A DNA stretch of 53,033 bases, taken from assembly GCA_050293845.1 (NCBI GenBank), contig JBNKNM010000018.1, positions 1 to 53,033 of the forward strand. Direction: 5' to 3'. Shown piece after piece: positions 21,366-29,438 of the stretch. How positions within the stretch are numbered: position 1 is the first letter of the stretch; each line of letters begins with the position of its first letter. The stretch is from Pseudobacteriovorax sp. Lineage in GTDB: Bacteria > Bdellovibrionota_B > Oligoflexia > Oligoflexales > Oligoflexaceae. Below the pieces are notes generated by a model. That model was not told the DNA's origin. It made no database searches and was given only the letters and a program-made list of their open reading frames with translations. A program made the position numbers and the translations under genes.

Positions 21366-21803
21366 TCAGCTATCTTTCCTCAATATACTCAAAGTCAAAG
21401 TTATTTTACTGAGTACATCACCATGAGCATTTTTTACTTCGGTTTCCCAAACTTGGCTTTTGCGACCCGCATGGATATTCCTACAGTAAAAGTATGCTGT
21501 TTCTCCCAGTTTAGCTGACTTAAGATGAACAGCATGAATGCTCTGTCCCACGGCTTTAGCTCCATCACTTAGTGCTAAGTTACCAGCAAGGCTTCCTAAG
21601 GACTCGGCAAGCATGCAGCTGACTCCCCCGTGCAACAGCGAGAACGGTTGAACCACCTTTTCAGAAATCGGTAACTCAGCAAGCATTAACCGCTCTTGAT
21701 CGATAATAGCAGTGATCTTTAGCCCACAGTGACGATCGATATTGGTAATAAAACGCTGGTTCAGCTGCTCTAAATCGAGGAGATTATAAAAAAACATAGG
21801 CAT
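21366..21803 (-). CDS. PaaI/MenI-like hotdog-fold thioesterase
   Basis: VVQPFSLLHGGVSCMLAESLGS and AGRKSQVWE motifs typical of YdiI/MenI/EntH thioesterases. Confidence 0.88.
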   Translation of the reverse strand: MPMFFYNLLDLEQLNQRFITNIDRHCGLKITAIIDQERLMLAELPISEKVVQPFSLLHGGVSCMLAESLGSLAGNLALSDGAKAVGQSIHAVHLKSAKLGETAYFYCRNIHAGRKSQVWETEVKNAHGDVLSKITLTLSILRKDS

Positions 21804-21809
21804 ATTTCC

Positions 21810-22778
21810 TTACTGAGCAAGCGTGGATAAAAGATCTAATAGCCCCTCATCAAATTCATTGCGCTTTTCGAGGCAGTTTTCCAAAGGCACAATTTTGAAC
21901 TTCCCTCCTTGAATGGCAGTCACAACGCGCTTTTCACCTCCCAGGAGGGCTTTTACTGCCATATTTCCCATTTTTGCACCAAGAAATCGATCACGTGGGG
22001 ATGGGTTTCCTCCTCTTTGAATATGACCTAAAATGCAGAGCCTGGTTTCCAAACCATAAACTTCTTGCAGTTCCTTTTGGTAAGTATAGCCCAATCCCTG
22101 GGTTTCTCCTTCAGCCACAATAATGATAGAAGATTTTTTACCCCGCTCCACACTTCTCTTAATATTATCTGCAACTTGACTCAGTTGTACGGAACGATCC
22201 GGAAAAATCACCGATTCGGCACCGGTACAGATGGCTACTGTAATAGCAATAAGGCCGGATGATCGCCCCATGACTTCCACCATAAAAGTTCTTTCGTGAG
22301 ATGTTGCAGTATCACGAATTTTATCGATGGCATCCACCGCAGTATGAAGAGCTGTATCAAAGCCGATGGAAAACTCGGTATCCTTAATGTCATTATCAAT
22401 AGTCCCAGGAATACATACCACCGGAAAATCATGCTCGCTACTTAGGAGATGAGCCCCATTAAAGGAGCCATTGCCTCCGATCACCACCAGGCCACCAATA
22501 CCCCTTTTACGTAAAATTTCCATAGCCATGCCACGGTATGCTTGCTCTCGAAATTCGCGACAGCGGCTGCTGTGGAGGATAGTTCCCCCTCTCTGTATAA
22601 TATTACCTACCGACGCCAGGTCCATCAGCTTAAAGTCATCTCTAATGAGACCAGTAAATCCTTTATAAACCCCGTAGACATCCAAACCTTCCTGAATACC
22701 AGTACGCACTACAGATCGAATGGCGCTATTCATTCCAGGCCCATCTCCCCCTGAGCACAAGACCGCAATTGACTTCAT
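21810..22778 (-). CDS. pfkA: ATP-dependent 6-phosphofructokinase
   Basis: SGGDGPGMN, GGTIL, IGGNGS, PGTIDNDI, EVMGR and LGHIQRGG. Start placed at ATG 22778 (MKSIAVL). Confidence 0.95.
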   Translation of the reverse strand: MKSIAVLCSGGDGPGMNSAIRSVVRTGIQEGLDVYGVYKGFTGLIRDDFKLMDLASVGNIIQRGGTILHSSRCREFREQAYRGMAMEILRKRGIGGLVVIGGNGSFNGAHLLSSEHDFPVVCIPGTIDNDIKDTEFSIGFDTALHTAVDAIDKIRDTATSHERTFMVEVMGRSSGLIAITVAICTGAESVIFPDRSVQLSQVADNIKRSVERGKKSSIIIVAEGETQGLGYTYQKELQEVYGLETRLCILGHIQRGGNPSPRDRFLGAKMGNMAVKALLGGEKRVVTAIQGGKFKIVPLENCLEKRNEFDEGLLDLLSTLAQ

Positions 22779-22786
22779 TCTTTTCC

Positions 22787-24604
22787 TCACTCCTGTTGTT
22801 TTTTTATTTTGGCTTCTAAAGCACTCCAACGTTCATACAAAGCTTCTACCAGCTCTTGTGATTTCTGTAGCTCGATATATGCTTCATTTAGAAGTAAATT
22901 ATTTGCCATGACCTCCGGGTTTTCCGTACTTTTCTGTGCCTCTTCCAGCGCCATTTCTGCCTCAAGAATTTTCTCTTCCATACTGTCATACTCCCTTTGT
23001 TCCATGTAGGAGAGCTTCACACTACGGAGTTTCTTCGGTTTTTCCTTGTCAGTATTGCTTTTTTTAGGCTTACTTTTTTCTACACCCCCACGCTGGTATT
23101 CGTTCTCCCACTGGCTGTAGTCGGCATACAACCTTGTGAGTCCAGAGGGAAGAAATCCGATGCAGATATCGGCTAAGCGAGACATCAGATAACGATCATG
23201 GGTAACGAGAACCACACAGCCAGGAAAGTCCAGTAAACTTTCTTCTAAAATTTCCAGAGTCTCAATATCCAAGTCATTGGTCGGCTCATCCAGGATCAAG
23301 ATATCGGCATCCTGAAGCATCAATCTGGCTATCAGGACTCTGGCTTTTTCCCCCCCCGATAAATGGCTTATGGGCTGGGTCAGCTGCGCATTGGTAAATT
23401 GAAACTTCCGTGCCCAAGTGACGATATGAACAGGCTTACCGCGATAGATAACCGCATCTCCGCCCTGCTCGTTCAGGGCTTCCTGAAGGGTTAGGCTGGT
23501 ATCTAGTGAGTCCCGATTCTGATCAAAATAGACAAGTCGTAAATTGGGAGCATGCTCTATGGTTCCATTATCTACTGGCTCCTTTTTTTGCAATGCCTTA
23601 AGTAGGGTAGATTTTCCCGACCCATTAGGACCAAGAACTCCTAATATCATTTGTGGTTTCAGGACGATATTCAGGTGGGAAAATAATTTTTTGCCATCAT
23701 ATGACTTGCTAATATCTTCGACAACAACCAAGCGTCGGGTCTTTCTACCGGAAGCCGAAAACTCCAAGGAAGTCTCAGATTTTTTTAGTTTTTGCCGCAA
23801 GTCGCTCAATTCCCCAATCAGTTTATGGGCTTCATCAGTACGCGACTTGGCCTTTGTCGCCCGTGCTTGGGGTCCCCGACGCAGCCATTCAACTTCCCGG
23901 CGTACTTTGTTAGATAAGGCCTCCTCCTGTCGCATTAAGCCAGCTATGTATTCTGACCTCCGCTTGTCGAAATCAGAGTATTTACAATCTTGAATAAATA
24001 TCCCTCCGGGATATATAGGGCCCACTTCCGCAATCTTTCGCACGGTACGGTCAAGGAAATAACGATCGTGACTAATCATCACCCAAGTGAATGTGGGATT
24101 ACTGAGTAAGGATTCTAACCAAAACACTCCATCCACATCCAAGTGGTTGGTGGGCTCGTCAAAGAAAATCAAATCCGGTTGGCCTAAAAGAGCAGCGGCA
24201 ATACTCAGTCTTTTTTTCCATCCTCCCGACAATGTACCTATAGGAACATCAAGATTCTGAAATCCGACCTTAGTAAGGATAGATTCTACTTCTACAGCCG
24301 CCTCTTCGGCCACAATGTTCCTTTGTCCGGCTTTTTGGCTTAAATACGTGCGAGGCGAAAGCTGGCCTTCAACATCAGAATCCTGTTCTACAAAAGCTAC
24401 CTTAAGCAGCTTTCGTTTGGCAACAGTGCCACAGTCCGGCTCTATGCGACCCGCTAAGATTTTTAATAGGGTTGATTTTCCAACGCCATTACGACCTATT
24501 ATTCCAATACGATCACCTTCATGAATGCTGAAAGCCAAGCCAGCAAACAAAGGCGATTCATTGAATGTTTTTGAAATATCATTACAACTTAATAGCAGGG
24601 ACAT
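22787..24604 (-). CDS. uup: ABC-F family ATPase (Uup-like)
   Basis: Two ABC cassettes (GRNGVGKS/LSGGW/DEPTNHLD and GPNGSGKS/LSGGE/DEPTNDLD), linker EVEWLRRGPQARATK, C-terminal coiled coil ending LYERWSALE, no TM. Start placed at ATG 24604. Confidence 0.88.
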   Translation of the reverse strand: MSLLLSCNDISKTFNESPLFAGLAFSIHEGDRIGIIGRNGVGKSTLLKILAGRIEPDCGTVAKRKLLKVAFVEQDSDVEGQLSPRTYLSQKAGQRNIVAEEAAVEVESILTKVGFQNLDVPIGTLSGGWKKRLSIAAALLGQPDLIFFDEPTNHLDVDGVFWLESLLSNPTFTWVMISHDRYFLDRTVRKIAEVGPIYPGGIFIQDCKYSDFDKRRSEYIAGLMRQEEALSNKVRREVEWLRRGPQARATKAKSRTDEAHKLIGELSDLRQKLKKSETSLEFSASGRKTRRLVVVEDISKSYDGKKLFSHLNIVLKPQMILGVLGPNGSGKSTLLKALQKKEPVDNGTIEHAPNLRLVYFDQNRDSLDTSLTLQEALNEQGGDAVIYRGKPVHIVTWARKFQFTNAQLTQPISHLSGGEKARVLIARLMLQDADILILDEPTNDLDIETLEILEESLLDFPGCVVLVTHDRYLMSRLADICIGFLPSGLTRLYADYSQWENEYQRGGVEKSKPKKSNTDKEKPKKLRSVKLSYMEQREYDSMEEKILEAEMALEEAQKSTENPEVMANNLLLNEAYIELQKSQELVEALYERWSALEAKIKKQQE

Positions 24605-24751
24605 ATTTACTCCTATAAACGGAGCCAAAATTATCATAAACAGACCCAAAGTACCAACCTGTGACTTAGTGAATACACCTGTCCTTTAAAAATCTCCGTC
24701 TATTATGGGGCAGCCAGTTAAATTTCTTTTTTATTTTAATGACTTAATCAA

Positions 24752-24766
24752 TGGCGTGGAGCTTGC
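24752..24766 (+). promoter_or_regulatory. Candidate sigma54 (-24/-12) promoter
   Basis: TGGCGTGGAGCTTGC has exact GG-N10-GC spacing, lies about 60 bp upstream of ATG 24827, and follows an AT-rich tract. Confidence 0.5.
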
Positions 24767-24826
24767 GTTCTGCAACCTGCGACAAGTCAGTTGCTACAAA
24801 ATATAAGACCAAGAGAAAGGATCACC

Positions 24827-25798
24827 ATGCAGAAGTTTACACATGCAAAATTATTGAGCACAATCGTTCTAGCACTATCATTGAGTACCGCAGGTTACGC
24901 AGAAATCAGCAGCAACGAGTATAGTATTAACAGCATCTCTCCTGCACAACGTTACAATAGGGAAACCGGTACTTCAGGGTTAGTTGGCTACCAAGCAACC
25001 ACTTATAAATCCAAGGGCATATCATTAAAAATGAATACTGCGATCGTCAACTCCACCCTGGATGCTAGTGGTCACTATATCCTACCTTTCTCCGGTTTTG
25101 CTGGTATTGGGGTGGGTATCAACAACAGTTCAACAACAAGCAAATATAGTATCCAAGATCAAAGAAAAACAGAGAAGTTCGATTCTCGCACCATTACGGC
25201 AAGGCCATATTTTGGTCTAAACCTGAGCCCCCATGTTACTGTAGTTTATGAAGCTGCCATAGAACGCTTTGAAACTGAAAATGATGAAGCAGATAGCATC
25301 TACCATAAATTCGCCAGTTCCTACCATAATGACAACTTCGAAGTAGGGGCCATCTACAACCATCATCTACAATCAAAGCTCGTAACCGCACCACAAGTTC
25401 TAACCCTCCATGGCCAAGCCCAGGTCTATGAGCAATTCACTTTAGGGGCTCAATTATTTTTCAATCGCTACGATATGCTAGAAGGCTTTGATAAATCTGA
25501 TAACAACCAAAGCCTGAAACTCACATCCGCATATGCTATGAATGACCAATGGCAACTAGAGGCTGCACTAGCAAGTATTGCTATGAATGATAGTGATTTT
25601 ACAGGATATGAGACTCAGTTAGGAGCAAACTTCACCCTGAATGACAAGCTAGAGCTCGGCTCTACCATTTCTTACACCAGTTCATCTATCGATATTCTTA
25701 GCTCAGCTGATATCCTGAGCTTACAGCAAGAAGCCAGCGATGCTAGTCTCGAAGGGGAGCAGTTTGCAATCGCCTTCCATGCTAACTATGTCTTCTAG
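24827..25798 (+). CDS. Outer-membrane beta-barrel protein (porin-like)
   Basis: Signal peptide MQKFTHAKLLSTIVLALSLSTAGYA, alternating amphipathic beta strands, and C-terminal FHANYVF ending in Phe (BAM signal). Confidence 0.75.
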   Translation: MQKFTHAKLLSTIVLALSLSTAGYAEISSNEYSINSISPAQRYNRETGTSGLVGYQATTYKSKGISLKMNTAIVNSTLDASGHYILPFSGFAGIGVGINNSSTTSKYSIQDQRKTEKFDSRTITARPYFGLNLSPHVTVVYEAAIERFETENDEADSIYHKFASSYHNDNFEVGAIYNHHLQSKLVTAPQVLTLHGQAQVYEQFTLGAQLFFNRYDMLEGFDKSDNNQSLKLTSAYAMNDQWQLEAALASIAMNDSDFTGYETQLGANFTLNDKLELGSTISYTSSSIDILSSADILSLQQEASDASLEGEQFAIAFHANYVF

Positions 25799-25804
25799 GG
25801 CCTG

Positions 25805-25827
25805 GCAAAGCCCTGTTAGGGCTTTGC
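25805..25827. terminator. Hairpin between convergent genes (possible bidirectional terminator)
   Basis: Perfect 10-bp inverted repeat GCAAAGCCCT-GTT-AGGGCTTTGC just after the porin stop and overlapping the pgeF stop; no long U tract. Confidence 0.5.
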
Positions 25828-26517
25828 AATCCAGCTCCAGTTCCGGCCGGCTGCCGGCCCATCTCTACGGTAACTATGCCAAACCCCTGGTTGTTCCTTA
25901 GTGCAGGTGCGCATACAAAAAATATTTTCAGGGGGGACATTCTGCTGCAAAGCGAAGAAAACAGCCCCTAGTGCCAGATCAATATGCCAGCGATCTCCGA
26001 CCCCCGGTGACACTAGCCAGGGTATAGTAGAATGATCAAGGGGTGCACCCATGAGAGCATCCATCACTTCAGGACCTACCTCAAACCCCCCTAGAGAAAG
26101 GCAAGGACCTACACCTACCATGACATTATTTTTATCCTTAAACCAGTCGAGGGCACGATCGATGATCCCAGCAAATAGACCTCTCCAACCTGCATGAACA
26201 GCCATTACCTGCTCTGGACTGTAGATGAGCATCGGTACACAATCCGCAGTCATCACGGCTATCTTTAGTTGACTTGCTTTAGTAACAATACTATCCCCTT
26301 GTGGACGACTTGAGGAGTAGGGAGCCGCTGATTCATCGGCTTCTAGCACCCGATGGCTGTGAATTTGCTGGAGATAATAAAATTCTCTCGTGACATTGCT
26401 ATTTTGACCAATAAACCCGTGGGGAATCCCCCGGCTCGTCCAGAAAGGTATTGAGTTACCTCCTGGTATGAAGTGGACTCTATTGAGAGATTCTACAGCA
26501 GTTCCACACCTTATCAA
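25816..26517 (-). CDS. pgeF: PgeF/YfiH (DUF152) family protein
   Basis: QIHS, MTADCVP, VHAGWRG and HSYRRDG motifs. Confidence 0.88.
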   Translation of the reverse strand: MIRCGTAVESLNRVHFIPGGNSIPFWTSRGIPHGFIGQNSNVTREFYYLQQIHSHRVLEADESAAPYSSSRPQGDSIVTKASQLKIAVMTADCVPMLIYSPEQVMAVHAGWRGLFAGIIDRALDWFKDKNNVMVGVGPCLSLGGFEVGPEVMDALMGAPLDHSTIPWLVSPGVGDRWHIDLALGAVFFALQQNVPPENIFCMRTCTKEQPGVWHSYRRDGPAAGRNWSWIAKP

Positions 26518-27362
26518 AGAGACTTACTCCCAGAACCGGCTGTTTGAGAACTTGCTGCTTTCTTGTTTTTTTTGCCCTTTTTGGCTGTTTTTGCAGCAAG
26601 ATGGGAAGCCAATAAAACAAACTCCTTGCTGAGTTTATGGTTTTTTTTAAAAAACGGTAATGGTACCCCTACACTATGACTTTCCCGCATCACAACAGAT
26701 GCAGAGAGATAAGGTTTCAGAACCGGCAGCTCTGCACTGATTAAATCTTGTATCAGCTCCTGAGGAATCCTTGCTGTAGATTGAAAATTATTGATAATGA
26801 TACCTTCCACCTTCAGTTGCGGTCTGTGATCGACAACGACCTCTTGTACCGCCTCCATGACCTGCTCGATCGCATCGGCACTAAAAGCATCACAATCAAA
26901 TGGAATGAGAACCGTGTCTACGGCCATAAGTGCTGACATACTATAAAAATTTAGTGCTGGAGGGGTATCAAAAAGAACCTCATCGAATCCCAGTTTTTCC
27001 GCTGCCACATGGATGGCTTCGGACAACTTAAATACCTTGTAGCGACCTTCAAGTTTCGGCTGCAGCTCTTTCAGTGCTATATCAGAGGGAATCACGTATA
27101 GATTGGGATAATCAGTAGGATAAATTGTATTCTGAAGGGAGTCCTGAAATAAGCGAAAGCTGAGGGTAGAAGCAAAAAAATCCGCGATGGTAGCTTCCAC
27201 CTGATCCAGCTTTTCCCCTAATAAGTAACTGGAGCAATTGGCTTGGGCGTCTAAGTCTACAACTAATGTCTTCCGTCCCATGCTAGCAAAAGCAGCAGCG
27301 AGGTTACAGGTTATCGAAGTTTTGCCTACACCACCTTTTTGGTTGAATACAACCCGCTTCAT
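26514..27362 (-). CDS. Orphan ParA-family ATPase
   Basis: MKRVVFNQKGGVGKT deviant Walker A, VDLDAQAN and DTPPALN; Lys-rich tail; no parB nearby. Confidence 0.88.
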   Translation of the reverse strand: MKRVVFNQKGGVGKTSITCNLAAAFASMGRKTLVVDLDAQANCSSYLLGEKLDQVEATIADFFASTLSFRLFQDSLQNTIYPTDYPNLYVIPSDIALKELQPKLEGRYKVFKLSEAIHVAAEKLGFDEVLFDTPPALNFYSMSALMAVDTVLIPFDCDAFSADAIEQVMEAVQEVVVDHRPQLKVEGIIINNFQSTARIPQELIQDLISAELPVLKPYLSASVVMRESHSVGVPLPFFKKNHKLSKEFVLLASHLAAKTAKKGKKNKKAASSQTAGSGSKSL

Positions 27363-27452
27363 AGCTGCTCTCCTCAAAACAATCCATTTTTGTATGTGAC
27401 TTGATTTTATACAGTATATTAGTAAAAACAGCTAGCGCTCAATGGCCTGAGC

Positions 27453-27926
27453 TTAAGTATTCGACGAAATGGCATTCACCAAACCAAACAATGCTGTAGC
27501 ATAGGAGCCAAGCCCGAATCCGTAAACGACGCCCAGGGCGTGCTGTGCCGTGTAGGATGTTTTTCGAACAGATTCGCGACGGCACAAGTTGGAAATATGC
27601 AGTTCCACAAACTTTAACTCTAAACCGGCAACCCGGTCTGCTAAAGCTAGAGAAGTGTGGGTCCAGGCTCCCGGGTTCAAAATAGCACCATCCCAATCTT
27701 TGGAAAGCTCTTTCAAGTACTGAGCTTCGTCGTTAGATTGGAAAAAACTGAGATCCAACTTAATGCCAAAAGCACTGGCAATGTTATCTTTTTGCCTGTC
27801 CAAACCTGCTTCCAAATCCTTTAAGGTTTGAAACCCGTATATTTCTGGTTGCCGTTTTCCTAATAGATCTAAATTTACCCCATTGGCAATTAATATCTTC
27901 AGAACCCTACTTTGATTCATATCCAT
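27453..27926 (-). CDS. aroQ: Type II 3-dehydroquinate dehydratase
   Basis: NGVNLDLLGKRQPEIYG, FQSNDE, NPGAWTHTSLAL and VELHISN motifs. Confidence 0.93.
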   Translation of the reverse strand: MDMNQSRVLKILIANGVNLDLLGKRQPEIYGFQTLKDLEAGLDRQKDNIASAFGIKLDLSFFQSNDEAQYLKELSKDWDGAILNPGAWTHTSLALADRVAGLELKFVELHISNLCRRESVRKTSYTAQHALGVVYGFGLGSYATALFGLVNAISSNT

Positions 27927-28890
27927 CCAATCTTATCAGCATAGTGTTTAAGAAACCAATTTTACTTTCTATCTCCTGCACCTTATCAAGGCGATCGATC
28001 AGCTCAGGATCGAAAGTTTTTTCCCGTTGCTTCTGTTCTTCTCTTAGACTCGTTAATTCCTCAACCTGTTTTTTGTATAAGTCATTGTTGGGTGCCATAT
28101 AAAGTAGTTTTTGGTAAATATCGAGGGCTTTTTGATAGCGCGCTTGCTTGCGATATATTTGAGCCAATGTTGCTGGGTCTAAACTGTGATGATCTTCCTC
28201 AGGTAGGTCTGCCTCCGGCGCCTGACTAAATAATTCATGGATAGGAGCTACATAAAAGCCATCAATCAATCTTTCTATGAGCACCGGATCGTGGCTATGG
28301 CTGCTTTCAGCTAGCTCCGAACCTTTGACTGGTTTTGCATGGAATGGCTCGCTACTAGAGAGTTCCTCCCCAGCGGAGTGCTCCAAAGAACTAATATCAA
28401 ATCCTTCCGCTTTTGCAACTTGGATAAAGCCTAAGCGGACATTTGCAAAGGATTTGATCTCTAACTCTTCAGTTAATCTGAGGATGGGTCCTTCTAGCTG
28501 GCCATATGAACGCATTTGTTCTTGAATAGCATGAAGCTTGCTCTCGTATCCTAAGAGCAAAGCGAGGCGGAATCTTAGAATTTGTGCCGTTTTATTATCG
28601 CGCAGATCTAAAGGAGCTTGCTGAAGAACTTGCCAAGCCTCCCCGAAGATAGAACGTTCAAACAGTTTTTGTGCTAAAACCACGCGCGCTGCACTATAGC
28701 CAGGATGCAGTTGCACCCCCAAAATCAGCAATTGCAAGGCTTCATCTTCATGGGAGTGTTTCGTCAAGATATCTACTATAGGTAAAAACCCTCTACCATT
28801 AGGGTTTTTCCGAAATGCTTCGACAGCCTCACGGTCTAGGGGCGAGACAGAAAGACCATCTAGCGTCTGCAGCAGTTGGTCAAGCATCAA
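27907..28890 (-). CDS. Tetratricopeptide-repeat protein
   Basis: TPR-like segments HPGYSAARVVLAQKLFE and TLAQIYRKQARYQKALDIYQKLL; overlaps both neighbouring genes. Confidence 0.75.
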   Translation of the reverse strand: MMLDQLLQTLDGLSVSPLDREAVEAFRKNPNGRGFLPIVDILTKHSHEDEALQLLILGVQLHPGYSAARVVLAQKLFERSIFGEAWQVLQQAPLDLRDNKTAQILRFRLALLLGYESKLHAIQEQMRSYGQLEGPILRLTEELEIKSFANVRLGFIQVAKAEGFDISSLEHSAGEELSSSEPFHAKPVKGSELAESSHSHDPVLIERLIDGFYVAPIHELFSQAPEADLPEEDHHSLDPATLAQIYRKQARYQKALDIYQKLLYMAPNNDLYKKQVEELTSLREEQKQREKTFDPELIDRLDKVQEIESKIGFLNTMLIRLDGYESK

Positions 28891-29438
28891 AACACTTCCT
28901 GGGTCTGAATCGCTACTGATGCATCGTCAGAAAATAGAGCCCCCGAATGTATTTTCATATTCACATTAGACACTTCTCCGGGAGGAGGGCAAACAGCAAA
29001 CACTTCCATAATAGTGACACCACAGGTATCGGAACACCAATTATCCTTAGGCGTGATAATACCCTTATATCTTGCGGGAGTATATGTGGAGCCATCGATA
29101 ACAACATTGGGATTATGTTCCGCTAGACCTGACATGAGACCATTGACTATAGGTTCAACGCTAACGTTTGGAATAGGTGTACTTCTTTCGATACCATCGT
29201 TATCAAAGCGGTCCACAATACTAAAATAAAATGTAAGGGGGTCATTCAGCGGTGCATTAGCGGCCGCTGCAGCACAGGTGATACCTGAGGACTGTGCCAT
29301 AATTTCAATACTACCTTCGATCGGCCCCACAATCGCATTGCTACAGTTCAAAGAACACAGACCCGCGTCTTCGGGCTTTTCAGCGCAAGCTTGTAAAGTA
29401 ATAATCGATATCAAAAAGGGTAAAATATTTGTTTTCAT
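28887..29438 (-). CDS. Cysteine-rich lipoprotein of unknown function
   Basis: Signal MKTNILPFLISIITLQAC; internal CSLNC, CSDTC and VCPPPG; ATGA overlap with the pilQ stop. Confidence 0.75.
   Translation of the reverse strand: MKTNILPFLISIITLQACAEKPEDAGLCSLNCSNAIVGPIEGSIEIMAQSSGITCAAAAANAPLNDPLTFYFSIVDRFDNDGIERSTPIPNVSVEPIVNGLMSGLAEHNPNVVIDGSTYTPARYKGIITPKDNWCSDTCGVTIMEVFAVCPPPGEVSNVNMKIHSGALFSDDASVAIQTQEVF

Noticed and set aside
26514..27362. ParA as a sign of a plasmid or prophage
   Set aside because: No parB, rep, integrase or phage genes; it sits among housekeeping genes.
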